From assembly GCA_963666365.2 (NCBI GenBank), contig CAXXNF010000002.1, positions 2,112,001 through 2,176,000 on the forward strand: a stretch of 64,000 nt of DNA. Direction: 5' to 3'. A program made the translations under genes and the position numbers. Positions 1 through 9,944 of the stretch are shown here, piece after piece (within the stretch, counting starts at the first letter, position 1; every line of letters begins with the position of its first letter). Below the pieces are notes generated by a model. That model made no database searches. It worked only from the letters and a program-made list of their open reading frames with translations, and was not told where the DNA came from. Source of the DNA: Syntrophales bacterium. GTDB lineage: Bacteria; Desulfobacterota; Syntrophia; Syntrophales; UBA2210.

Positions 1-1
1 C

Positions 2-1495
2 CAGATCGAAAATTCACTGGCCTTTCAGATCAGAGCGGCGGCCTGCGACACGATCGGCTATTGCCTCAATTCCGTCCCCGGCGGTCAGACGTCGATCTAT
101 GAATTTTTTGCCGATCTGCTTAATGCCCGCTACGGAATGACACTGGCTGTAGATGACCTCGTTGAAATCGGCAAACAGACGCTGAAGGATGAGAACATCT
201 TCAACAATAAATCAGAATTCAGTAAAATATGGGCCCCTTATCCCGATTTCTATCGAACGGAACCGCTGCCGCCGACGAACAGGGTCTTTGACGTGGAGGA
301 CAGCGAAATTGAAGATATATGGAACAGGATTGATGCGTACAAAGAGCGTAAAAAACACTTTGAAGTGAGGATTCCCCACCTGCCCCACATGGTAATGGGC
401 GAAGGCGTCTTCTCAAAGCTCGGCAGTGAAGCGAAAAGGCTTGGGATGCACAGGGCGCTCTTTCTCTGCGACCCCATTATGAAACAGATCGGCAGGGCCG
501 ATGAAGCAATCGCCAATCTGAAAAAAAACGGAATCGATGCCGTACTCTTTACCGATATTGAACCGGATCCCCCGATTTGGGAAATAGAACACCTAGGTGA
601 ACTGTACAAAAAAGAAGCCTGTGACGGCATCATCGCCATGGGTGGCGGCAGTTCAATGGATGCAGCGAAGGCGGTTGCCGTGAGGGTCACCCATCCCGGC
701 CACATGTCCGAGTACGAAAGCCTTGCCGGCGGCACGGGAAAAATAAAGGACATATTGCCGCCCCTTATCTGCATACCCACTACCTCGGGAACGGGGAGCG
801 AGGCCAATACCTACTCGGTGATCACCGATACGGAGCGGGGCATCAAGTTCATCATCATGAGTGAAATACTCGTGCCCAAGGTGGCGATCATCGATCCGGA
901 CGTGACTAGAACGATGCCTCCGGGACTCACCGCCGAAACGGGCATCGACGCACTGGCCCATTGCATAGAGGGCTACGTGGGAACGCTCATGCCCTACCAT
1001 CCCTATTATTCAACGCTGGCCTATTACGGCGTCAAAATGATCGGCTCAAGCCTGCCTCGCGCCTATCATAACCCCGATGACATGCAGGCACGGACGGATA
1101 TGGCCATGGCGGCCATTTACGGCGGCGCCGCCTTTACCAAGGGACTGGGCATCGGACATAACCTCGGCCATGTCATCGGCGCCCGGTATCACATATCCCA
1201 TGGCAAATCGATCGCCCCGGGACTGCTCTGTTTCGCCAGGGCAAATGAGAAGGCCTGCCGGGAGGATTTCGAAGATCTGGCCTGGACTCTTAATCGCTCC
1301 AGGAACCTGGAAGAGGGTCTTCGCACATTATACGAAGAGGTGGGCATGCCCGCCAGATTCAGAGATTTGGGCGTGCCGGAAGAAGACCTGCCACGCATCG
1401 CTTTCGAGGCATCAAAGGACGTGGTCAACATCGCGGGCAATCCCATACCTTTGGAGGAGAAACATTTTTTGTCGCTGCTTAAAGAATTTTACTGA
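2..1495 (+). CDS. 5'-partial fusion: aldehyde:ferredoxin oxidoreductase (AOR) C-terminus + iron-containing alcohol dehydrogenase
   Basis: Frame open from nt 2 (QIENSLAFQIRAAACDTIGYCL..LLNARYG..EPLPPTNRVFDVEDSEIEDIW, AOR C-terminal-like), continuing without a stop into Fe-ADH motifs (GGGSSMD, IPTTSGTGSE, DALAHCIE, GHNLGH, ISHG). Confidence 0.8.
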   Translation, partial: QIENSLAFQIRAAACDTIGYCLNSVPGGQTSIYEFFADLLNARYGMTLAVDDLVEIGKQTLKDENIFNNKSEFSKIWAPYPDFYRTEPLPPTNRVFDVEDSEIEDIWNRIDAYKERKKHFEVRIPHLPHMVMGEGVFSKLGSEAKRLGMHRALFLCDPIMKQIGRADEAIANLKKNGIDAVLFTDIEPDPPIWEIEHLGELYKKEACDGIIAMGGGSSMDAAKAVAVRVTHPGHMSEYESLAGGTGKIKDILPPLICIPTTSGTGSEANTYSVITDTERGIKFIIMSEILVPKVAIIDPDVTRTMPPGLTAETGIDALAHCIEGYVGTLMPYHPYYSTLAYYGVKMIGSSLPRAYHNPDDMQARTDMAMAAIYGGAAFTKGLGIGHNLGHVIGARYHISHGKSIAPGLLCFARANEKACREDFEDLAWTLNRSRNLEEGLRTLYEEVGMPARFRDLGVPEEDLPRIAFEASKDVVNIAGNPIPLEEKHFLSLLKEFY

Positions 1496-1541
1496 AAAAT
1501 TTTTATGTAAGCAGAAACTCTTATACCACCGATTCCGACAG

Positions 1542-1572
1542 GGCGCCTTCGATACTTCTATTCGAAGGCGCC
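1542..1572 (+). terminator. hairpin downstream of ADH gene
   Basis: GGCGCCTTCGA / TCGAAGGCGCC 11-bp stem; no clear U-tract. Confidence 0.45.
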
Positions 1573-1766
1573 GCCGACCCCTCGCTCCCTTTGCGGATAT
1601 ACTTTTTCAGACGCAACATACCTATGTAATGCAAAACGCAGCTCATTGGCGCCCACCTCCCATATTGTGGGGACCCGATAGTGAAAAAGCGTAGGGAATA
1701 GGGTGAGATATGTATAAAAATATCTCCTATTATTCATAAACGCCACTAAAAAAAGGAGGATTTACC

Positions 1767-3440
1767 ATGAAAGGGAGTACTCGAAATTGGAGACTGTCAC
1801 TTATCGGCCTGGCTGTGATCTGGACACTGCTCATGTCGGCTTCGGTTGTTGCACAGGAGGTCGCCGTCACCGACAAGGGGTACAAGGCTGTTCGTCTTGC
1901 CGCTGACACCCCCTTCCCCGGCGCGAACGGGGCTACAATAGGCGCCGACGGCAATCTCTATGTGAGTCACACCGGCAACGGCACAATAACGAAGATAGAT
2001 CTTACGTCAATGAAGGCAACACCCTTCGTCAGTCCCTATCAGGCGGCATTCATTATAGACGATATTGCGGCAGACGATAAGGGAAACATCTATGCTACAG
2101 GGACCACGCCGCTGGTCGGGGAGGTGTACCGTATCGACAAAAACGGAGTGCGCACGATTATCGCCGACGGCATGGCGGCGCCGAACGGGATCGAATACAA
2201 TCCGCGTACGGGGAGACTCTTTGTCACGGAATGCTTCCAGGGAAACCGCGTCTATGAGGTTGATCCTGCCGGCATAAAAAAGGCGCGACTCCTGATCGAC
2301 AAGGACGTGATTCCCGTCCCTGAAGGATTCGACTACGATCCCGATACAAACGATTTGATCATCCCCGACCTGGGAACGGGGAAAATCCTGAGAGTCCATC
2401 CCGATACGGGCGCGATCAGCACCATAACCGACAAGGTTCCCGCCTGCATCGCACTTGCGATAGGTCCGGACAAAATGATTTATGTGCCGGCCCTTTCCGG
2501 TGTGGTGTACCGGGTCAGTCTGGATGGTTCCAAGGTGGAAAAACTTGCCCAGTTGACTCCCGGTCTGGACAACGTGGCGCTCACCAAAGAGGGACGACTC
2601 TTTGTCACCAGTTACTGGGATGCCACAGTCTACGAAGTTGCCACCGACGGAAGCGGCAAATTCACGCAGTTATTCCCTATGGGACCCAATCAGCCTCTCG
2701 GCGTTGTCGTAAAAAAGGGGGCGATCTTTGTTGCCGATGCAATCATGATACGAACCGTTGCGGATGGAAAATATAACCAGACCAAGCTGAACGCCTGGGC
2801 TGCTCACGGCATGCCTCTGACACTGAGCTTGACTGACGGTCCCGGGGATCAGCTTTTCTGGACCGATTGCATTCACGGCGCCGTGGCCATAGGGAATCCT
2901 TCAACAGGAGAGTTCAAACCTGTGGCGGGTGGGCTGGCACGACCAATCGCTGCACTTATGAGCAGTGACGGATCGCAGCTCTTTGTGGCTGAATTTGCCG
3001 CGGGACAGATTACTGCCATCAGTTTAAAGGACGGTGCAAAAAAGGTGCTCGCACAGGACCTCGAAGGCCCTCTCGGACTGGCGCTCATCGATGGCGCCCT
3101 TTATGTGGCAGAAGCAAAATCGGGGCGCATCAGCAAGGTCGATCCCCTTTCGGGAAAGAAAGAAGTGTTTGTTTCATCCATGGTAGGAAAACCGGTTGCT
3201 CTCGCCAATGATGGCGGCGACACGTTGCTCGTGCTCGACGGCGCCGGACAGAGAATCATCAGGATCTGCCCGAAGACCCTGGCAATGACCCTCATCGCAA
3301 AGGACGTTCCCGTGGGATACAGTCCTATCGGAAGCTACCCCTCTGTGGAGTTTCCTTCTGCCATGACGGTATGTGCCAAGGGAAACATCTATTTTACTAC
3401 GGCGGACCGCGGCCTCATTAAACTTGAAAAAATCAAATAA
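1767..3440 (+). CDS. secreted SMP-30/gluconolactonase/NHL-type beta-propeller protein
   Basis: Signal peptide (..ASVVAQ), repeated PNGI/PEGF/PLG..DG.LYV blades, RBS AGGAGG. Confidence 0.75.
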   Translation: MKGSTRNWRLSLIGLAVIWTLLMSASVVAQEVAVTDKGYKAVRLAADTPFPGANGATIGADGNLYVSHTGNGTITKIDLTSMKATPFVSPYQAAFIIDDIAADDKGNIYATGTTPLVGEVYRIDKNGVRTIIADGMAAPNGIEYNPRTGRLFVTECFQGNRVYEVDPAGIKKARLLIDKDVIPVPEGFDYDPDTNDLIIPDLGTGKILRVHPDTGAISTITDKVPACIALAIGPDKMIYVPALSGVVYRVSLDGSKVEKLAQLTPGLDNVALTKEGRLFVTSYWDATVYEVATDGSGKFTQLFPMGPNQPLGVVVKKGAIFVADAIMIRTVADGKYNQTKLNAWAAHGMPLTLSLTDGPGDQLFWTDCIHGAVAIGNPSTGEFKPVAGGLARPIAALMSSDGSQLFVAEFAAGQITAISLKDGAKKVLAQDLEGPLGLALIDGALYVAEAKSGRISKVDPLSGKKEVFVSSMVGKPVALANDGGDTLLVLDGAGQRIIRICPKTLAMTLIAKDVPVGYSPIGSYPSVEFPSAMTVCAKGNIYFTTADRGLIKLEKIK

Positions 3441-3457
3441 TGACGCCCTTCAAAGGC

Positions 3458-3490
3458 GAATGCTCCCTGCCTTTCGGGCAGGGAGCATTC
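3458..3490. terminator. probable bidirectional terminator hairpin
   Basis: GAATGCTCCCTGCC-TTTCG-GGCAGGGAGCATTC, 14-bp stem between convergent genes. Confidence 0.7.
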
Positions 3491-3520
3491 GTGTGTTCAC
3501 AAAGATGTTCATGCCGCGTT

Positions 3521-4039
3521 TTACACATCACTGAAGCTGATATCGGTTTCACCTCTTGGAAGCGGTATGATATACACAGGTTTACGCGTTCTCCGCAATA
3601 CCCGTTCCGCCACGCTGCCCAGAAAGGTATTTGCAATCGAGCCCTTGCTGTGCGTGCCCATGACGATGACATCGCAGTTGCGCTCATCGGCCGTTCGCAA
3701 TATAACCTCCGCCGGATACCCCTCTTCGACGATAATTTCGTCCTCCCGTCCGACGGCATCGGGGTCGTCGGCAAGTTCTTTTTCCCTGATCACATTCCAG
3801 CGTTCCCTGAGCTTCTCCAGGCTCTGCTGAATATTTAGTTCGGCAAATTTCTGTTTGTCCTTTTCGCTCACATAGAGATCCATCCAGACCCGCGCATTCT
3901 GAGGCAACGGTTCGATGACATGAAGCGTCACCACTTCCGCATCATGCTTCTGCGCCGTGTTGATTGCATAGCGAAAGGCATAGGCCGAATTTCTGGAAAG
4001 ATCCGTCGCATAAAGAATCTTCTTTATTCGTGGTATCAT
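3521..4039 (-). CDS. universal stress protein (UspA family)
   Basis: KKILYATDLS..DVIVMGTHSKG..LGSVAERVLR; start re-set to the ATG after AAGGAGG. Confidence 0.9.
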   Translation of the reverse strand: MIPRIKKILYATDLSRNSAYAFRYAINTAQKHDAEVVTLHVIEPLPQNARVWMDLYVSEKDKQKFAELNIQQSLEKLRERWNVIREKELADDPDAVGREDEIIVEEGYPAEVILRTADERNCDVIVMGTHSKGSIANTFLGSVAERVLRRTRKPVYIIPLPRGETDISFSDV

Positions 4040-4118
4040 GGTGTATCCTCCTTTTTTTGTCGATTCATCTGACTGCCGCGTTTCCTTCAGGGGGCTTACA
4101 GGATTGACGCGCACCCCC

Positions 4119-4679
4119 TTATTTGAGCCATGGCTTGCCCGCAGGAACCACGTCTCTTCCGAACACCTCGCCCAGGATAATATGGGCCATGGTATACCAT
4201 GCCGCCAGGGCACAGATCATCAGTTCATATCCGGCCACCTTGGTCAGTCCAGGAAAACCGAAATGTGCGAAATCAAGAAGGATAAATCCCACCAAGAGGA
4301 GGGTAAAGGTCCAGGCAAGGGCGCCGTTGATGCGCATGGCGCCAATCCACATTATGGCCGTGTACACCGTAAATCCGATGAGAAACCACCCCACATCGGT
4401 CGTGCTCGCCTTATAAATCCCGAAGTGGTTGCCCAGGAGGATAAGCGCCAGGGCAATCCAGAAGCATCCGTAGGTGGTAAATGCGCTGTATCCGAAATTG
4501 TTGCCTGTTTTCATTTCCTGAAGCCCGGCAATCATCTGTGCAATACCGCCGAAAATCAATCCCAGCGCCACAACCGGACCTGCGCCGCACCAGCCCACAT
4601 TGTGAAACTGCAAAATTAATGTCGTCATGCCAAATCCGGCCAGCCCAACCACTGCGGGGTTTCCCATTTTCTGCTCCAT
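4119..4679 (-). CDS. satP: acetate/succinate uptake transporter (GPR1/FUN34/YaaH family)
   Basis: GNPAVVGLAGFG motif, six TM segments, YGCFW. Confidence 0.88.
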   Translation of the reverse strand: MEQKMGNPAVVGLAGFGMTTLILQFHNVGWCGAGPVVALGLIFGGIAQMIAGLQEMKTGNNFGYSAFTTYGCFWIALALILLGNHFGIYKASTTDVGWFLIGFTVYTAIMWIGAMRINGALAWTFTLLLVGFILLDFAHFGFPGLTKVAGYELMICALAAWYTMAHIILGEVFGRDVVPAGKPWLK

Positions 4680-4789
4680 GTTTTTCTTCCACGCCTCCTT
4701 TTTTTGGAAATAGTGGTTGGAAATTGAACTATATTTTTTCTGAAATTACCACCATTTTCTTATACCATCTCCCGTTTTCGAAACAGCAT

Positions 4790-6313
4790 CTACCCTTTTT
4801 GCCTCAGCTCGCGCTTCAGGATCTTCCCCACGGAACTCTTCGGCAGTTCATCCAAAAACACCACCGACTTGGGCGCTTTAAAACGGGATACTTCCTTTAT
4901 GCAATGATCCATCAATTCCTGTTCCGAAACGTGCGCGCCCGGGCGGAGAACCACAAAGGCCTTCACCTCTTCTCCATACACGGCATCGGGTACACCCACC
5001 ACGGCCGCCTCCATGACGGCCTCATGGCTGTAAAGTATTTCTTCGATTGCCCCGGGGGAAATATTTTCACCACCCCGAATAATCAGGTCTTTTTTTCTGT
5101 CGGTGATAAAGAGATCGCCGTCCTCATCGAGACATCCCATGTCGCCCGTATGCATCCATCCATGCAGCAATGCCGCCTCCGTTTCCTGCGGCTTGTTGAG
5201 ATAGCCCTTCATGACATTCGGTCCCCTGACACAAATTTCACCTTCTTCCCCAGCAGGAACTTCCTCATCACGATCGTTGAATATCTTCACTTCTACGTTT
5301 CGAATGGCGGAACCGACCGATCCGGGCTTCTTCGGTCTTCCGACAGCCTGTCGTGTAATAGTGGGGGACGTTTCCGTCATCCCGTACCCCTCGTAAAGCG
5401 TGCCCCCGAGCGTCTCTTCCACCATGCGCAGCGTTTCCAGACTGAGCGGCGCCGCTGCGCTTATCCATCGGCGGATAGATCCGAGATCATGCACTGTCGT
5501 ATCATAATGCTGCAACAGCATAATATACATGGTGGGAACGCCGACAAACTGCGTTACCTTGTGGGTGGTAATGCTTCTCAGCGCCAGTTTGGGATCGAAT
5601 CCCTTGTGGATGATCAGAGTGGCGCCGGTAATGTTGCACTCGTTTATCATCAACATGCCGTAGATGTGATTCAAAGGAAGAGGAACCAGATAGACATCGC
5701 TTTCGTCGGTCGGCCAGGATGGCAGCCCATCCTCCAGATTTGATCCGATGTTTCTATGGCTGAGCATCACGCCCTTGGGAAAACCGGTCGTTCCCGACGT
5801 ATACATCAGCACCGCCGTATCGTCCGGGTCCATGACGGCCATTTCATAGTCAACGGAGTGTTCGGCAAGAAGCGAATCAAAAGAAAGGGTCCCCGGAACT
5901 GCCTTTTTGTCAGCGATAATAATATGTTCTATCGTCTTGAGCCCCTTCGCGGCCTCCTGTATTTTCGGATAGAGTTCCTCATTGGTGATGATGGCGACGG
6001 CCTTCGAATCTTCCAGGATATATCGTATTTCAGGGGCGGTGAGACCAAAAATGACGGGCAGGAACACGGCGCCCCTCTTGAATATGCCGATAAAAGACAC
6101 GGGAACTGCGGGACCGTTGGGTAAGATCACCGCGACAATATCCCCTCTTCTTACGCCCAGACCGGCCAGGCCGTTGGCGAGCGCATTGGAACGATTTTTC
6201 AGCTCCACGTTGGTAAAACGTTCTTCATGATCCTGCTCTTCATACACAAGAATTTCATACTCTCCAAACTTTTTGATGCTTTCCAGCCCGTAGTGCGCGT
6301 AATTCCAGTTCAT
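4790..6313 (-). CDS. acyl-CoA ligase (AMP-forming, long-chain fatty acid type)
   Basis: YTSGTTGFPKG, YEGYGMTE, TGD, ELPKSSVGKILK; start after GAGGAG. Confidence 0.9.
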   Translation of the reverse strand: MNWNYAHYGLESIKKFGEYEILVYEEQDHEERFTNVELKNRSNALANGLAGLGVRRGDIVAVILPNGPAVPVSFIGIFKRGAVFLPVIFGLTAPEIRYILEDSKAVAIITNEELYPKIQEAAKGLKTIEHIIIADKKAVPGTLSFDSLLAEHSVDYEMAVMDPDDTAVLMYTSGTTGFPKGVMLSHRNIGSNLEDGLPSWPTDESDVYLVPLPLNHIYGMLMINECNITGATLIIHKGFDPKLALRSITTHKVTQFVGVPTMYIMLLQHYDTTVHDLGSIRRWISAAAPLSLETLRMVEETLGGTLYEGYGMTETSPTITRQAVGRPKKPGSVGSAIRNVEVKIFNDRDEEVPAGEEGEICVRGPNVMKGYLNKPQETEAALLHGWMHTGDMGCLDEDGDLFITDRKKDLIIRGGENISPGAIEEILYSHEAVMEAAVVGVPDAVYGEEVKAFVVLRPGAHVSEQELMDHCIKEVSRFKAPKSVVFLDELPKSSVGKILKRELRQKG

Positions 6314-6350
6314 ACTCCTCTCCCTCACTTGCATATCAATTAGTAGTGAT

Positions 6351-7931
6351 CTATCTTTTCTCCCAGAGCGCCCGTTTTAATTCGCTCTTCAGCACCTTCC
6401 CCGTTCCCCCTTTGGGAAGGGTTTCCCTGAACTCGATGAGACGGGGAATCTTAAATCCGGCAAGCCCCTCTTCTCTGCAATAGGCAATCAACTCTTCGGA
6501 GGTAAGCTCGGCGCCCTCCGCAAGGACAATGAAAGCCGCCGGCGTCTCCCCCCATTTTTCCGAAGGCGCCGCCACTACGGCTACTTCCGCAACCGCAGGA
6601 TGTGAGGAGATGACATTTTCCACTTCCACCGATCCGATGTTCTCTCCCCCGCTGATAATGATATCCTTTTTTCTATCCACGATCGTAATATACCCATCTT
6701 CGCTGATCGTAGCGATATCGCCGGAATAGAGCCATCCATCGACAACGGTCTTCTTCGTTTCCTCGGGAAGCCCCCAGTAACCGTCAATGATGGTATTGCC
6801 GCGCATGATTATCTCACCCATCTGGATGCCGTCGTGTGTGACATCCTTTCCTACGCCGTCGACGACCCTCACCGACGTTACCATATCTTCGTACCCCTGC
6901 GACCGGAGGAGAACCCGTTTCTTTTCTTCAGGCAGGTCCCGCAGGTGCTCTTTCAGGTGCGCCGTGGTGCCGCAGGATGACGTCTCACTCATTCCATAAC
7001 CGGCATGAATCACGCACCAGGGAAATTTCCGCATTAACGCGTCCTGCGTCCCCTCGAGAAGGGGGGCGCCTCCGATTACAATGCGTTCAAGGCTGCTCAA
7101 ATCATACTTGTCCAGATCCTTGAACTGAGTCAGCGTATCGCACATGGTGGGCACCATCTCCACATAGTTCACCTGTTCCCGCTCAATCAATTCACAGATC
7201 AGGGCCGGACGAAACTGAGGCAGCATGACATGCCTGCCTCCGACCGCGGTAATCATGTGCGCCTTTCTCCAGCAATTCGCATGAAAGAGGGGAATGGCTT
7301 GAAGATACACGGTCCGATCGTTTGCCACGCCGAAAAAAAGATCTTTCGTCGCCGCAAGCCAGAGGGTCCGGTGCGTGAGCAACATTCCCTTTGGATTCCC
7401 TGAGGTTCCGCTGGTATAAAACATCTCTGCGGGATCATGCTCATCCAGACCGAAATCGGCATCCATCACCGGTGACGCCTGTCCAAGCAATGTCTCATAT
7501 CGTTCCCCCTGAATCGTATGGTCAGGCGTCGTTTCTCCTTCAAGCACGACATATTGTTCCACAGTGTTCAGCTGCTCCCTCGGGACGAGATCCACCATGT
7601 CCTCGTTGACGACGAGCAGCCGCGTCCCTGAATCATTTAGCACATAGGTGATTTCCCGGGGAGTAAGCCGTATATTGATCGGCAGGAGAATCGCACCGAT
7701 CTGCGGCACACCGAAGTGCAGCTCAAGGAGGCGATGGCTGTTGGTATCGATCACGGCCACGCGGTCCCCTTTTTTAATACCCATTTTTATCAAGGCATTG
7801 GAAAGACGATTGACCCGCTCGCCGAACCGGGCATAGGTAAACCGTTTGTCTCCGTCGACAACACCTGTTTTCTTTCCATACTGTTGTACCGCTTTTCGCA
7901 AGAAATCGGTGGCTAAAAGGGGAACATACAT
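6351..7931 (-). CDS. acyl-CoA ligase (AMP-binding)
   Basis: YTSGTSGNPKG, GYGMSET, SGD, LPKGGTGKVLK. Confidence 0.9.
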   Translation of the reverse strand: MYVPLLATDFLRKAVQQYGKKTGVVDGDKRFTYARFGERVNRLSNALIKMGIKKGDRVAVIDTNSHRLLELHFGVPQIGAILLPINIRLTPREITYVLNDSGTRLLVVNEDMVDLVPREQLNTVEQYVVLEGETTPDHTIQGERYETLLGQASPVMDADFGLDEHDPAEMFYTSGTSGNPKGMLLTHRTLWLAATKDLFFGVANDRTVYLQAIPLFHANCWRKAHMITAVGGRHVMLPQFRPALICELIEREQVNYVEMVPTMCDTLTQFKDLDKYDLSSLERIVIGGAPLLEGTQDALMRKFPWCVIHAGYGMSETSSCGTTAHLKEHLRDLPEEKKRVLLRSQGYEDMVTSVRVVDGVGKDVTHDGIQMGEIIMRGNTIIDGYWGLPEETKKTVVDGWLYSGDIATISEDGYITIVDRKKDIIISGGENIGSVEVENVISSHPAVAEVAVVAAPSEKWGETPAAFIVLAEGAELTSEELIAYCREEGLAGFKIPRLIEFRETLPKGGTGKVLKSELKRALWEKR

Positions 7932-7958
7932 CTTTTCATCCTCCCGTCACAGGGCGGC

Positions 7959-9284
7959 CTAACCGCCGAAGATTAATCTCGGTATCCACAGGGATATCTG
8001 CGGAAACAGGGACACAAGTATCAGGCCCACTGCCTGAAGAAGCACAAAAGGCACGATCGCCAGGTATATGTCCTTGATACCCACCCCTGCCGGGGCAATG
8101 CTCTTCAGGTAAAAGAGATTGTAACCGAAGGGTGGAGATATGTAGGCAATCTGCATATTCATGATGAAGATCACGCCGAACCACACGGGATCATATCCCA
8201 TCACATCCACGACGGGCATAATGATCGGCGCCGTGATCATCACGATGGCGCCCGGATCGAGGAGCATGCCCAGAGCGAAGAACATGATCTGAATCAGGAT
8301 GAAGACGCCCCAGTACCCGAAGGGCAGACCAGTCAAGAGGTTTCTGATGAAATCGGAGGCGCCCAGTGCCGTATAAATAGTGGCAAAACTGTAGGCGCCG
8401 ATGATGATCCACATGACCATTCCCGTAAGCCGCAACGTCCCCAGGGACACGCGCTTGAAAGAGCCCCAGTTCATCGTTCCGCTGAAGAGCATGAGCACAA
8501 GACTGCCGAAAGCGCCGATGGCCGATCCTTCCGTGGGGGTGCAGACGCCCCCGAAAATAGATCCCAGGACGACAAGGATGAGAATGATCGGGGGAATCAC
8601 TGTTTTGGTGGCCCGCATCTTCTGTATGAGGGACATCGTATCCCCTTCTTCATCTACCTTGCTCGGACCTAGTTCCGGTTTAATTTTGCAGGCAATCAAT
8701 ATGTAGGCAATGTACAGCAGCGCCAGAAGGATGCCCGGACCGATGCCGCCGGCAAAAAGCTGTCCCACCGAAACCTGGCAGATCATACCGTAGATAATCA
8801 TGACGATACTCGGCGGGATAAGAATTCCCAGCGCCCCGCCGGCGCCGATGCACCCGAGGGCAAGCCGTGTGTTATAGTTGCGGGAAAGCATCGCCGGAAG
8901 CGCAATGAGCCCCATGGTAATCGTACCGGCGCCTCCGATGCCCGTCATGGCGGCAAAGAGGGTACAGACAATGACTGCTGCCACGGCCAGCCCTCCGTTG
9001 ATGCGTCCACCCCATACATGCACTGCGGAGAAGAGCCGATCGGCCATGCCCGATTCCTGGAGCGCCGCCCCCATAAGAATAAACAGGGGAATGGCCAGCA
9101 GACCGAAGGACATCATGGCCTTGCCGAAAATAAGCGTGGGAATGACCCCAAGGGCGTAGGGACCCCAGAGGAATATCGTAAAGAGCACACCGATGGAACC
9201 GAGAATAAAGGCGATGGGGAGCCCCGATATCAAGCCAAGGACCATACAGGCAAAGAGCAGAAAGGTAATAGTGCTTATATCCAT
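7959..9284 (-). CDS. dctM: TRAP transporter large permease
   Basis: LLAIPLFILMG, LGILIPPSI, ISPPFG; about 12 TM. Confidence 0.92.
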   Translation of the reverse strand: MDISTITFLLFACMVLGLISGLPIAFILGSIGVLFTIFLWGPYALGVIPTLIFGKAMMSFGLLAIPLFILMGAALQESGMADRLFSAVHVWGGRINGGLAVAAVIVCTLFAAMTGIGGAGTITMGLIALPAMLSRNYNTRLALGCIGAGGALGILIPPSIVMIIYGMICQVSVGQLFAGGIGPGILLALLYIAYILIACKIKPELGPSKVDEEGDTMSLIQKMRATKTVIPPIILILVVLGSIFGGVCTPTEGSAIGAFGSLVLMLFSGTMNWGSFKRVSLGTLRLTGMVMWIIIGAYSFATIYTALGASDFIRNLLTGLPFGYWGVFILIQIMFFALGMLLDPGAIVMITAPIIMPVVDVMGYDPVWFGVIFIMNMQIAYISPPFGYNLFYLKSIAPAGVGIKDIYLAIVPFVLLQAVGLILVSLFPQISLWIPRLIFGG

Positions 9285-9790
9285 TATTCATCCACTCCTT
9301 TCCCCGTGACAGCCATATACAGATCGGCCAGGAAATTGCTGATCCCCTGAAGGAGCAGCAACAGGGCGCCGAGAGGGATGGTGAGCTTTACCGGCCAGAG
9401 TGGCGGCGCCCAGTCACTTTGGGATACTTCAAGCACTTTCACGGAGCGGAGCGCAAATTCCCAGCCAAGCCAAAGGATAATCACCGCAAAGAGCAGAAAA
9501 AAAGGAAATGTTATGAGATCAAGTATCGCTTTCCCGCGGGGAGGAAGATGCATATAAAAAAGATCCATATTCACGTGTGCCTTGTAACGCAACGTATAGG
9601 CGCCCCCCATAATCGTCAACGCCGCAAACACCATAATACTCAATTCGTGAGCCCAGACAGTGGGATGGTTGAAGATGTTCCTCAGCACAATTTCCCACAT
9701 GATAATTGCCATCAGTATCCAGGGGAGCCACATAAGAATCATGCCGCTCACCTCGCTGATGCTATTAAGGATATTGATTATTTTTCGCAT
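9284..9790 (-). CDS. dctQ: TRAP transporter small permease
   Basis: 4 TM, HVNMDLFY motif, between dctP and dctM. Confidence 0.9.
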   Translation of the reverse strand: MRKIINILNSISEVSGMILMWLPWILMAIIMWEIVLRNIFNHPTVWAHELSIMVFAALTIMGGAYTLRYKAHVNMDLFYMHLPPRGKAILDLITFPFFLLFAVIILWLGWEFALRSVKVLEVSQSDWAPPLWPVKLTIPLGALLLLLQGISNFLADLYMAVTGKGVDE

Positions 9791-9944
9791 TGAGTCCCCC
9801 TTCTTGCCTCCAGGAGATAATTGCCGTAACAGCCGGTTTATTCCGTACAGGTCCCCTGATTCATCACGCGCCTCCTGACGGGATGGGAGGCGCCCTTCTG
9901 CAAAGCGGGGGGATGACCCGTTGTCATCCCCCCTTTCTGTGTCC

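Noticed and set aside
4481..5743. Long antisense ORFs (420 aa here; also 14177-15103, 24490-25314, 28657-29484)
   Set aside because: Shadow frames of well-supported genes, with no motifs or RBS.
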